Source: an uncultured Lachnospiraceae bacterium
GTDB taxonomy: Bacteria; Bacillota; Clostridia; Lachnospirales; Lachnospiraceae
NCBI GenBank assembly: GCA_902783775.1
Contig: CACZSI010000135.1
Location: 44,775-108,774, forward strand
Reading direction: 5' to 3'
DNA length: 64,000 bases
Shown here: positions 29,604-39,988 of the stretch, in pieces
Layout: each line of letters opens with the position of its first letter
Numbering within the stretch: the stretch's first letter is position 1
Position numbers and translations under genes: made by a program
The notes under the pieces: model-generated
Databases searched by the model: none
Told to the model about the DNA's origin: nothing
What the model saw: only the letters and a program-made list of their open reading frames with translations

Positions 29604-30155
29604 TTATTCCTCTACATTATTTTTTATTTTTTTAATTGCTCTGTGATACTTCGACAGAACAGTGGACAACGACATATCTAACATATCTGCTATCTCCCTA
29701 TATTTAAGTCCATCTACCAAATGCAATATTATAATGGTACTTTCTGTTTTATCTAGAGTTTTCATTATCTCTTCTATAAACATCCTATCTTCCACTCGCT
29801 TAGAATCATTAGATGCCATAGAAGAATCCTCTGTTAAAAATACTTCTACTTTTTCATAATCCACGCCTGGATTCTTTCCATATTTTCTATAAAAATCTAT
29901 AAATTCATGTTTAGCAATGGCACAAATCCAGGTCATCGGCGTTCCTTTTTTCTTATATAAATGACTACCATTCCTAACTTTTATAAATGTATTTTGTAAT
30001 AAATCTTCAGCATCTTCCTTATTATTCGTCAACGAATATAAAAATCCATACACCTGCTTATAAGATGCATAATACAAAGATGCAAAGGCATCATCATCAC
30101 CTGATGCTATCAATTCAAACCAATTTTCATCAATACAACTATTATTATTTTTCAT
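29604..30155 (-). CDS. ECF-type RNA polymerase sigma factor
   Basis: GDDDAFASLY, DAEDLLQNTF, WICAIAK, GLKYREIADMLDMSLSTVLSKYHRA. Confidence 0.92.
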   Translation of the reverse strand: MKNNNSCIDENWFELIASGDDDAFASLYYASYKQVYGFLYSLTNNKEDAEDLLQNTFIKVRNGSHLYKKKGTPMTWICAIAKHEFIDFYRKYGKNPGVDYEKVEVFLTEDSSMASNDSKRVEDRMFIEEIMKTLDKTESTIIILHLVDGLKYREIADMLDMSLSTVLSKYHRAIKKIKNNVEE

Positions 30156-30256
30156 TTTTTGTAAGACATTGAATGTTAAACAATGTCGCCTTTCTTATGT
30201 TTTTATACATTCAACTAATAATTTGACTAGTCTTCTTATATCTCTTACACTAATTA

Positions 30257-30283
30257 TACGTTAGCAAACGAATTTTTATTGCA
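30257..30283 (-). promoter_or_regulatory. Candidate ECF/SigI-type autoregulatory promoter
   Basis: TGCAAT-AAAAA...(17 bp)-CGTA. Confidence 0.55.
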
Positions 30284-30311
30284 TTATTTTAAATATTTTT
30301 TTATTTTTTTC

Positions 30312-30345
30312 AAAAAAAGCCCGAAGCTAGAACACTTCGGGCTTT
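30312..30345 (-). terminator. Intrinsic terminator after ilvC
   Basis: AAAGCCCGAAG/CTTCGGGCTTT with T7. Confidence 0.85.
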
Positions 30346-30368
30346 ATATTATTCTAGTTAATTATTTA

Positions 30369-31418
<1,050 letters not shown>

Positions 31419-31476
31419 TTAATATTTTTTTATATAAACTGTAATATAGCTGGGCTACATACGGTTAATATACTTA

Positions 31477-31959
31477 TTATTTGTCGCCTCTTGCTAAACC
31501 TGAAATACCTGTTCTTACTAATTCAAGAATCTCGTATTCCTCTAATAAACTCAAGAATGCTGTAAGTTTAGACTGGCTACCTGTAATTTCAACCATTAAA
31601 CTATCTTTAGCCACATCAACGATATTAGCTCTGAAAATATCAGCCATAGCCATGATGTGCTGTCTATCTGATGCAGTAGCTTTAATCTTAACTAGAATAA
31701 GTTCTCTAGTAACAGAATTTCCTGGATCTAAAACTACTACCTTTTTAACATCTTCTAATTTAGTAATCTGTTTTACAATCTGCTCAACAATATTGTCATC
31801 ACCTGTGACAACAATAGTCATTCTAGAATAAAGTGGATTCTCAGTTTCACCAACTGTAAGACTATCAATGTTGTATCCTCTTCTGCTGAAAAGTCCTGCT
31901 ATTCTGTTTAATACACCTGCTGTATTGTCTACTAATACTGATAAAACTTTTTTATTCAT
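31477..31959 (-). CDS. ilvN: Acetolactate synthase small (regulatory) subunit
   Basis: GVLNRIAGLFSRRGYNIDSLTVG, ELVRTG. Confidence 0.96.
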   Translation of the reverse strand: MNKKVLSVLVDNTAGVLNRIAGLFSRRGYNIDSLTVGETENPLYSRMTIVVTGDDNIVEQIVKQITKLEDVKKVVVLDPGNSVTRELILVKIKATASDRQHIMAMADIFRANIVDVAKDSLMVEITGSQSKLTAFLSLLEEYEILELVRTGISGLARGDK

Positions 31960-32132
31960 ATCTATTCCTCTTTTCTATTTACTTATAATACTTGTGAATT
32001 TATTAAAAGACACCTTTTTTATATTATCACATATAGCGATTTTGTCAACAAACACGCGACATTCTATTATGTTTTTTTCTTGATATATTTTAAGATATAT
32101 GATACTATACAAAAGGTTTGAAAAACCATTTT

Positions 32133-32205
32133 GCTGCTGTGGCTCAGTCGGTAGAGCGTCGCCTTGGTAAGGCGGAGGTCACGGGTTCAAGTCCCGCCAG
32201 CAGCT
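32133..32205 (+). tRNA. tRNA-Thr(GGT)
   Basis: Cloverleaf: acceptor GCTGCTG/CAGCAGC, anticodon loop TTGGTAA, GGTTCAAGTCC. Confidence 0.95.
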
Positions 32206-32220
32206 TTTTTTATGCCCGAT

Positions 32221-32961
32221 TTATTTTAATCTCTGTCTAACGATTTCGTAAGCTAGCACTCCTGCCGCAACTGATGCGTTTAGAGAATCAATATCACCAA
32301 ACATTGGTATCTTTGCAACGAAGTCACATTTTTCTTTAACTAATCTACTTACACCCTTACCTTCATTGCCGATAACTAATCCAATAGAACCTGTAAGATT
32401 TAAATTATACATTGTCTCTCCATCCATATCTGCACAGACAAACCACATTCCCTCATCCTTTAACTGTTCAATTGTTTTAGGGATATTAGTTACCTTCGCT
32501 ACCGGTGTGTGGTTGATTGCGCCAGCCGAAGCCTTAACTGCTGTAGCTGTAAGTCCTGCTGCTCTATGCTTTGGAATAATAACTCCGTGAGCGCCGGCTA
32601 AATTAGCTGTTCTAATAATCGCACCTAAGTTATGCGGGTCTTCAATATCATCTAATAACACAATAAATGGTGACTCACCTTTATCTCTGGCATTGTTTAG
32701 AATATCCTCCACTGTAGAATATTCATAGGCTGACATATATCCAATAACGCCCTGATGCTTTCCGCTTTCAGACATCTGGTCTAAACGTTCCTTTGACACG
32801 TAATTAATAATAGTGTCATGCTTTTTAGCCTCTCTAATTACTGTGTTCATTGAACCTTCCTTTAGATGCTCTCTAACAAAAAGCTTATCTATAGTTTTTC
32901 CAGCTCTATATGCCTCAATAACAGCATTTCTGCCTTCTAATGTAAACTCACTATACTTCAT
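32221..32961 (-). CDS. rlmB: 23S rRNA Gm2251 methyltransferase (SpoU family)
   Basis: EDPHNLGAIIRTA, IGNEGKG, SLNASVA. Confidence 0.94.
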   Translation of the reverse strand: MKYSEFTLEGRNAVIEAYRAGKTIDKLFVREHLKEGSMNTVIREAKKHDTIINYVSKERLDQMSESGKHQGVIGYMSAYEYSTVEDILNNARDKGESPFIVLLDDIEDPHNLGAIIRTANLAGAHGVIIPKHRAAGLTATAVKASAGAINHTPVAKVTNIPKTIEQLKDEGMWFVCADMDGETMYNLNLTGSIGLVIGNEGKGVSRLVKEKCDFVAKIPMFGDIDSLNASVAAGVLAYEIVRQRLK

Positions 32962-32970
32962 AAATCCCTC

Positions 32971-33441
32971 TTACTGTTTATTTTCATTATATTTATCTAT
33001 GGATAATTTAATTAGTTCTAACATTCTGTCAGACTGATCTGATAAAAACAACCACCCCATAAGCGCCTCAAATCCTGTGGCCTGTCTGTAATCAGACATT
33101 GAGGCATTTTTAGCTCTTGTGACAGCCTTGGCATTTCTGCCTCGCTTATACATTTTAGTCTCCATCTCAGTTAATTCATCCATTATCAGAAAAATCATTT
33201 GAGCTTGAGTTGTTGCCTTTACATATTCAGATACTTTTTTATGTAATTTTTGAGTTTGCTGGTTATGTTCATCCACCACTATGGTTCTCACCACTATTTC
33301 ATATGCGCAATCACCAATGTAGGCTAATGTCAAAGGAGAATATTCACCTGCATCAATCTCTTTTAGATTTAGCCCCTCCCTAATATATTTAAACATATCC
33401 ATATTATTCTCTCCAATTAAATCAATTAAGCTCTGCTCCAC
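32971..33441 (-). CDS. mrnC: Mini-ribonuclease III
   Basis: [24 protein letters not shown]; cysS-mrnC-rlmB gene order. Confidence 0.92.
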   Translation of the reverse strand: MEQSLIDLIGENNMDMFKYIREGLNLKEIDAGEYSPLTLAYIGDCAYEIVVRTIVVDEHNQQTQKLHKKVSEYVKATTQAQMIFLIMDELTEMETKMYKRGRNAKAVTRAKNASMSDYRQATGFEALMGWLFLSDQSDRMLELIKLSIDKYNENKQ

Positions 33442-34838
33442 TTTGTACCCTCACGAGTATCCTTAAGAACGATTCCCTTAGCTAATAATTCATCTCTAAT
33501 GCTGTCAGCTAAAGCGAAATCTTTATCTTTCTTAGCCTGAGCTCTTTTTTCAATCATTTCAAGGATGTAATCCTCATCTCCTACTACTTCATCTTTCTTT
33601 TCTAAGATGATTCCTAGGACATCGCTTAATGTCTCTAATACATTGTAAAGTTCATCGGCAAACTTTTTTGTGCTATCTTCATTAGTAACACTGTTAGTAA
33701 ACTTAACTAATTCAAAAATTGCTGAAATGGCATTAGCTGTATTGCAATCATCATCCATTGCCTTTTCGAATTTTTCAACGAACTCTTTAGTCTTTTCTAC
33801 ATTTGAAGCCTCGTCAGCTGTTAACTCACCTTCTGCTCCAGAATTTTTAATATCTCTTAATTTTTCTGCTGCAGTAAGGATTCTTTCTAAACCATTCTTA
33901 GCTGAATCCATTAATTCAGCACTGAAGTTTAGCGGACTTCTATAATGAGCACTTAGCATGAAAAATCTTAATACCTGAAGATCATACTTCTCTGAAATAT
34001 CTCTTACAGTAAAGAAATTTCCGTCTGACTTAGACATCTTCTTATTATTAATATTTAAAAATGCATTGTGCATCCAATATTTAGCAAAATCTACTCCGTT
34101 AGCCGCCTCACTCTGGGCAATTTCATTCTCGTGGTGAGGGAATACTAAATCCTCTCCACCGGCATGAATATCAATCATATCACCTAAATACTTCTTAGAC
34201 ATTACTGAACATTCTATATGCCATCCAGGTCTACCCTCTCCCCATGGTGAAACCCAAGCAGGCTCGCCTTCTTTTTTAGGCTTCCACAAAACGAAATCTA
34301 GTGGATCCTCCTTGCTCTCCTCACCAGCCACCTTAATATCTCTGTGACCAGCCTCTAAATCGTCAATATTTTTCTTTGATAATTTTCCGTAATCTTTAAA
34401 CTCTCTAGTCTTAAAGTAAACTGTACCATCACTGGCATACGCATATCCTTTATCAATAAGAGTTTTTATCATATCTATCATGCCTGAAATTTCTTCAGTA
34501 GCTAGAGGATGCTTTGTGGCAGGCTTAACATTCATTGCATCCATATCCTTTTTACATTCCTCAATATATCTCTTAGAAATTTCCTCAGCTGTAGTATTCT
34601 CTTCAATAGCTTTTTTTATAATTTTATCATCTACATCAGTGAAGTTTGAAACATAATTAACCTTTAAGCCCTTATACTCAAGGTATCTTCTAAAGGTGTC
34701 AAAAACAATCATAGGTCTGGCATTTCCTATATGAATTAAGTTGTAAACTGTCGGTCCACACACATACATGCTAATCTGACCTTCTTTTAATGGTACTAGC
34801 TCTTCTTTCTTTTTAGACATTGTATTATAAATTTTCAT
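33426..34838 (-). CDS. cysS: Cysteine-tRNA ligase
   Basis: [24 protein letters not shown]. Confidence 0.98.
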   Translation of the reverse strand: MKIYNTMSKKKEELVPLKEGQISMYVCGPTVYNLIHIGNARPMIVFDTFRRYLEYKGLKVNYVSNFTDVDDKIIKKAIEENTTAEEISKRYIEECKKDMDAMNVKPATKHPLATEEISGMIDMIKTLIDKGYAYASDGTVYFKTREFKDYGKLSKKNIDDLEAGHRDIKVAGEESKEDPLDFVLWKPKKEGEPAWVSPWGEGRPGWHIECSVMSKKYLGDMIDIHAGGEDLVFPHHENEIAQSEAANGVDFAKYWMHNAFLNINNKKMSKSDGNFFTVRDISEKYDLQVLRFFMLSAHYRSPLNFSAELMDSAKNGLERILTAAEKLRDIKNSGAEGELTADEASNVEKTKEFVEKFEKAMDDDCNTANAISAIFELVKFTNSVTNEDSTKKFADELYNVLETLSDVLGIILEKKDEVVGDEDYILEMIEKRAQAKKDKDFALADSIRDELLAKGIVLKDTREGTKWSRA

Positions 34839-34870
34839 TGCACTTTCTCCTTAATATAAATATTTATTCC

Positions 34871-35347
34871 CTATTTTCGGCTCACTAACAAAGCAATAGC
34901 CTGAGATGAAATACCTTTTCCTTCTCCGGTAAATCCCATTCCTTCCTCCGTTGTGGCCTTAATACAGACTTGGGAAACATCTATATTTAATGCATCTGCC
35001 ACATTCTTTTCCATCTGATCTTTGTAAGGCGCCAGTTTAGGTCTCTGGGCAATTATTGTCCCATCAATATTTCCTATTTCATAGCCATTTTCATTAAGCT
35101 TTTTTCCCACTTCCTTTAATAACTCAATGCTGTCGGCATCCTTAAAAGCCATATCATCATCCGGAAAGAACTTTCCAATATCTCCAAGGCCTGCAGCGCC
35201 AAGTAATGCATCCATTATGGCATGCAATATAACATCGGCGTCTGAGTGGCCTAGCAATCCTAATTCATATGGAATTTCCACTCCACCTAAAATCAATTTT
35301 CTATTTTCTACAAGTTTATGGACATCATATCCCATTCCTATTCTCAT
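34871..35347 (-). CDS. ispF: 2-C-methyl-D-erythritol 2,4-cyclodiphosphate synthase
   Basis: [24 protein letters not shown]. Confidence 0.96.
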   Translation of the reverse strand: MRIGMGYDVHKLVENRKLILGGVEIPYELGLLGHSDADVILHAIMDALLGAAGLGDIGKFFPDDDMAFKDADSIELLKEVGKKLNENGYEIGNIDGTIIAQRPKLAPYKDQMEKNVADALNIDVSQVCIKATTEEGMGFTGEGKGISSQAIALLVSRK

Positions 35348-35450
35348 AGTTTTACCTTTCACGCTTAATTTTTGTGATTTTTAGTTACAAACATAACCAA
35401 CATTATATCACAATTTAGCCTTTCATTTCAAACCTTCATATATAAAATAA

Positions 35451-38207
35451 CTAATCATTTAAATAAACTGGTGACTTATAATATCTTTGTGCTTTAGTAA
35501 TCCACCAATAATCATCGCTTGGAGGATTTCCCACAGCATCCGTGCTATTGCCAACGCCAGCACCAAATAGTATACATGTAACACCTGAGGCAGCTGCCTG
35601 TGACATATGAGAGCCATATGTTATTTTAGTGCCATTGGCAATTAACTGCTTTTCGCCGTACTCATTAGTCGCAAAATAGTCGTATCGCTTTCCTGCTCCC
35701 GGCTCGAAAGTGTCTCCAAAGAAATATGTTGGCGCAGAATCCTCATAGTTTTTCTCAGTATTAGCGTGGTCAAAAAACAAACCATTATTGTAAGGATTAG
35801 GCTCTAGAGAATGATTTATATGTCCTACCGGTAATTGCCATAGAGTAACTGGCATATTAGTTCTCTCATGTAATGTTTTAGTATAATGAAGATAATTATT
35901 CCATAAATCACAATTCCAGAACCAACTTGAATTAAATGGATCACTTGCTGCACTGCTAGTAACTCCCGCTCCGTCTAGACCATATTTATCAATAGAAATA
36001 AAGTCAGCACCATACTCTAATATTCCGGCACTCATATAGTAATCAGCTGTAATATTAGCCGCATTGGCAATAAACTCTCTACCTTTAGTTAATCCTAAGT
36101 TCTCTGTGGCATGCATTAATCCCTTAGCCGGCACACCATCTGAATAACTCCAGGTATTAAATTGCCATCCAAAATATGCTTCAGAGTATGTCTTATTTAT
36201 TATATAGTTAATAGACTTAACTAATCCCTGCAATGTATTTTCAAATTCCGGATCTTTACCTTTTTTAAGAATACCACTGCTGTAAGCTGCCTCGACTCCC
36301 TTAGCCTCCAATTTATCTGGTGATACATTGGCATTTTGCATCATATATCCAATAAAATCAGGCTCTAGGATAATTCCTATAGTCTCACCCTCAGACACCT
36401 CTTTAGCTGTATCTAAGAAGAATTTCAAATCTTTATAGTAAGCTTCCATATAAGTCTTATCGTTAATATGTGCCCTGTCTAAATCGTAACTTTCGCTTCC
36501 ATCAGGAATATTATAGTAAACAAAATATGGAATAAGTCCTAACTTAAGACTTTCCTGAACATAGCTTCTAACTCTCTTACCAGGGTCTGCCGGATTCCAT
36601 GATTGCCATCCATTTTCTAGAGGGCCACCATTTATATAGATATATCTCATATCTAATCTCTTATTAGTATCGTCATTAGAAATCGCTCTGTGGAACGCTA
36701 AATCTCCAGTGGAATCTTCAGACACCTGACCCAGTGCTAAATAATTAGGAGTCTTAGGTACATTGCCATCCGTTCCTTTAACTCTAACTCCAAAATATCT
36801 CTCTTCTTTAGAAATATTGTCAACTATTTTTATTCCGCTTCTTCCGACCTTCTTAGATGTAATACTTAGTTTTCCATTATTAATATAGGCATTTACCGCA
36901 TCTGTATTAGAAGATATTACAGTAAAATTAGGATTCTCCAATGTAGTATCGATAGTGTACTCCTTAGTTCCTATATCAGTTACAATGCTATTAGCTACAC
37001 CATCGTCATCTATTTGATCTAGCAAAATCTTAGAAGATGTTGTACTTCCCACTTCCACAGCCAATTCATCTGATGTGGATTTTCCAAACTTATTCATCAT
37101 TTCAGCCTTATAATAATATGTTCCTGACTTATTAAGTTTTATAGGCACAGAAAGGCTTTGAGCCTCCGGAGTTTTATCTTCTAGAGTACCGCTAGCTATT
37201 CTGGTATAATCCCCATTCTTTCCTCTCTTTTGGTATAATGCATAAGCTGTGGCATTATTGCCCCAATACATATTTATAGTAATATTAAATTCTGTTTTTC
37301 TTTCCCAGTTATCTGAACTAACATTTACCTTACCCGGTACTCCGCTAGCTTTATCTGAATCCGGAACATTGATAGTTTCCGGTTGGGTTGTAACCTGCTG
37401 AGTTGTAGCCTGAGCTGTTGTTCTCTGCTGAGTTGTGGCCTGCTGGGTTGTGGCCTGAGCTGTTGTTCTCTGCTGAGTTGTGGTCTGCTGAGTTGTGGCC
37501 TGAGCTGTTGTTCTCTGCTGGGTTGTAGCCTGCTGGGTTGTGGCCTGAGCTGTTGTTCTCTGCTGGGTTGTAGCCTGCTGAGTTGTTATTTTTTGTGTTG
37601 TGACTTCCTGCGTAGGCATTACCACATTATTTTTATTGTTAAATTTTACTCTTTGATAGTTAGAATTTACTTTAGATAATATATCGGTATATAGACTGTT
37701 GTGTCTCTCTTCATTATTCATCAATGAATTCTGGTATAGGTAATCAGCCACATCATAAACTGTCATTGAATACGCTGCTGAATATGAAACATTGTTTTCA
37801 TTGTCAATAACATAAGCTTTTATTGCCAGTTTTTCTGTATAAAATCTTATATCATCGCCATATTCCATAGTCATAACATAATTAGTGGCATTACTATATT
37901 TACTATTGTCAAACGGACTAATACCTTTACTAGTAGCCGCAAACTTCTTTATATATGGGCTATTTGCGTTTATAACCATATCATTTTTATCAATATAGTT
38001 TTCTAATCCATAGATTAATCCTGCTTCTTTTATAGCTGTCTTTTCATTGTTTACAGAATAAAGTGTTCTAAATCCCTTATAAACTGTACTAATCTGGAAA
38101 CCATCTACAGTTACCACCTCATCTTTAGCACTAGATTTAGTTACAGTTAACAATGATATTAAAAGTGTAAGAATAATAAAATAGCTTAGTGTCTTTTTAG
38201 TCATCAT
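35451..38207 (-). CDS. Secreted modular protein with Thr/Gln linker, Ig-like domains and a putative unclassified glycoside hydrolase domain
   Basis: Signal peptide, repeat linker, DNW...ITINMYWGNN Ig-like module, aromatic-rich C-terminal domain with IILEPDF and DFISIDKYG. Confidence 0.6.
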   Translation of the reverse strand: MMTKKTLSYFIILTLLISLLTVTKSSAKDEVVTVDGFQISTVYKGFRTLYSVNNEKTAIKEAGLIYGLENYIDKNDMVINANSPYIKKFAATSKGISPFDNSKYSNATNYVMTMEYGDDIRFYTEKLAIKAYVIDNENNVSYSAAYSMTVYDVADYLYQNSLMNNEERHNSLYTDILSKVNSNYQRVKFNNKNNVVMPTQEVTTQKITTQQATTQQRTTAQATTQQATTQQRTTAQATTQQTTTQQRTTAQATTQQATTQQRTTAQATTQQVTTQPETINVPDSDKASGVPGKVNVSSDNWERKTEFNITINMYWGNNATAYALYQKRGKNGDYTRIASGTLEDKTPEAQSLSVPIKLNKSGTYYYKAEMMNKFGKSTSDELAVEVGSTTSSKILLDQIDDDGVANSIVTDIGTKEYTIDTTLENPNFTVISSNTDAVNAYINNGKLSITSKKVGRSGIKIVDNISKEERYFGVRVKGTDGNVPKTPNYLALGQVSEDSTGDLAFHRAISNDDTNKRLDMRYIYINGGPLENGWQSWNPADPGKRVRSYVQESLKLGLIPYFVYYNIPDGSESYDLDRAHINDKTYMEAYYKDLKFFLDTAKEVSEGETIGIILEPDFIGYMMQNANVSPDKLEAKGVEAAYSSGILKKGKDPEFENTLQGLVKSINYIINKTYSEAYFGWQFNTWSYSDGVPAKGLMHATENLGLTKGREFIANAANITADYYMSAGILEYGADFISIDKYGLDGAGVTSSAASDPFNSSWFWNCDLWNNYLHYTKTLHERTNMPVTLWQLPVGHINHSLEPNPYNNGLFFDHANTEKNYEDSAPTYFFGDTFEPGAGKRYDYFATNEYGEKQLIANGTKITYGSHMSQAAASGVTCILFGAGVGNSTDAVGNPPSDDYWWITKAQRYYKSPVYLND
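37381..37615 (-). repeat. Hierarchical tandem repeat: 15-bp units arranged in 45-bp higher-order units
   Basis: (TTQQA/T-TTQQR-TTAQA) x4 plus flanking pentamers. Confidence 0.92.
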
Positions 38208-38276
38208 AATCTCCTTTCAATTTAGACCTATAGATAACTATACCACACTAAGCTATTTTAGTTTATATCTTATTTT

Positions 38277-39113
38277 TTAAAATTTTTCTACTATAATTAC
38301 TCCAAAAGCTCCTGCGCCTACATGCGTTCCGATTGTAGCGCCCATTTCATAAGCCTCTGTAATATTGATGCCATTTTCACTAAATTTTTCTTTCATCATT
38401 TCCATATTTTTAGTATCAAATGTATATGTAGCATAAAGAGGGAATTTCGGATCAATATCAATCTCCTTAGATAATTCAATTAAGTTATTAACAGCTTTTT
38501 TCTTTCCGATACACTTCTTAAGAAGAGTAACTTTTCCGTCTGGAACGGAAATAACAGGTTTTAACTTAGCTAAATTACCAATTCCTGCTTCCATCTTAGT
38601 TAAGCGCCCACCCTTATAAAGGTTATCTAATGTATTAACAGCTAATAAAATATGAATCTTACCAACCATCTTTTCTAATGTTTCAACTATCTCATCAAAG
38701 CTCTTTCCCTGGTCTCTTAACTCAATACCATAATCTACCATAATTTTAATAGCATAAATGGCACTCTTAGAATCAATTACATGAATCTTATCATACTCAG
38801 CCATATCCTTAGCAATGCATGCACTCTGATATGTTCCACTAATTCCACTAGAAATAGTAATAGCTATTACTTCATCCCCATTCTCCTTAGCATCCTCGAA
38901 AAATTCTAAGAAAGTCTGAGGTGATGGCTGAGCTGTTTTAGGAAACTGCTCTTTATTAATTAATCTATCATAGAATTCTTTTCTATCAATTTCCACACCG
39001 TCTAAAAATGTTCCATCTGAAAACGTAATGGAAAGTGGTGCAAAATATATCCCCTTTTCTTTTGCTTCCTCTAATGTGTAATCTGAACCTGAATCAACTA
39101 AAAATTTAATCAT
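38277..39113 (-). CDS. DegV family fatty acid-binding protein
   Basis: VDSGSD, PKTAQPSP, ISSGISGTYQSA, IGTHVGAG. Confidence 0.93.
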   Translation of the reverse strand: MIKFLVDSGSDYTLEEAKEKGIYFAPLSITFSDGTFLDGVEIDRKEFYDRLINKEQFPKTAQPSPQTFLEFFEDAKENGDEVIAITISSGISGTYQSACIAKDMAEYDKIHVIDSKSAIYAIKIMVDYGIELRDQGKSFDEIVETLEKMVGKIHILLAVNTLDNLYKGGRLTKMEAGIGNLAKLKPVISVPDGKVTLLKKCIGKKKAVNNLIELSKEIDIDPKFPLYATYTFDTKNMEMMKEKFSENGINITEAYEMGATIGTHVGAGAFGVIIVEKF

Positions 39114-39179
39114 CGTATTTCCCCTTATAAAAATCTAATAATAATATACAATATTTTTTTAATTAATAAAACCACAAAT

Positions 39180-39626
39180 CTAATTATTGTAAAAAAGTTT
39201 ATCTACTACGTTAGCCACTTTTTCAAAAGAATCCGTAGCTTTTATCAGTTCTTCTGCGCCTAATTCCTCAGAAATCTTTTTTACAAATTCCATAGTTTCA
39301 TGATGAACTTCTATAAACTCATCGAATTTTTTACCTTTTTTAACAATAACTCTTCGCTTATCTTTTTCATCATGATTTTTTTCAATAATTTCTTTCTCTT
39401 CTAGAGTCTTCAATGTCCTATTCATTAATGTCTTATGCATATGTGTAGCCTGACACAAATCAGTAGCAGAAAGCAACTTATCCGGTTTTAGTAAATCCTG
39501 ATAATAGATAATATTACAAACCTGCGCTTCCTTAAAAAGCATGCCTGACACTATCCTCTCATTAGACACTGTACTAGAAATCTTAAGCCATGAGCGAAGA
39601 AATTCATCTTCTTTACTTAACATCAT
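39180..39626 (-). CDS. MarR-family transcriptional regulator
   Basis: HTH SATDLC...KTLMNRTLKTLEEK and DKR motif; start after AGAGG. Confidence 0.82.
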   Translation of the reverse strand: MMLSKEDEFLRSWLKISSTVSNERIVSGMLFKEAQVCNIIYYQDLLKPDKLLSATDLCQATHMHKTLMNRTLKTLEEKEIIEKNHDEKDKRRVIVKKGKKFDEFIEVHHETMEFVKKISEELGAEELIKATDSFEKVANVVDKLFYNN

Positions 39627-39737
39627 AACATAACCTCTATTTGGTTTACTTTGTAAACTTTTCTTATATAGGATACTATACATTTTTTTCAATGTCAATT
39701 AGCAAAAAATAAAGTTTAAAATTTTTCAAAAAAGTAC

Positions 39738-39765
39738 TTGCAAAAATATTTATACTTGATATAAT
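39738..39765 (+). promoter_or_regulatory. SigA promoter for tRNA-Glu
   Basis: TTGCAA-16 bp-TATAAT with TG extension. Confidence 0.65.
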
Positions 39766-39785
39766 AATACAGGTGATTGAAACAT

Positions 39786-39857
39786 GGCTCGTTGGTCAAG
39801 GGGTTAAGACGCCGCCCTCTCAAGGCGGAATCACGAGTTCGATTCTCGTACGAGCTG
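39786..39857 (+). tRNA. tRNA-Glu(CTC)
   Basis: Acceptor GGCTCGT/ACGAGCT; anticodon arm CCGCC-CTCTCAA-GGCGG; GTTCGATTC. Confidence 0.95.
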
Positions 39858-39859
39858 CT

Positions 39860-39890
39860 AAAGGAACTGATTATTCAGTTCCTTTTTTTT
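39860..39890 (+). terminator. Terminator after tRNA-Glu
   Basis: AAAGGAACTGA-TTAT-TCAGTTCCTTT with T-run. Confidence 0.88.
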
Positions 39891-39954
39891 ATGTCTAAAA
39901 TCTATTCAAAAAATTTAAGACTTTTTCTAATATGCTTTTTCTATCTTTAGCTAT

Positions 39955-39988
39955 AAAAAAAGTACGGTGCATAAAGCACCATACTTTT
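39955..39988 (-). terminator. Terminator after polC
   Basis: AAAAGTATGGTGC-TTTAT-GCACCGTACTTTT with T-run. Confidence 0.75.

Noticed and set aside
32133-39860. tRNAs and tmRNA lacking encoded CCA
   Set aside because: Common in Clostridia; CCA is added post-transcriptionally.
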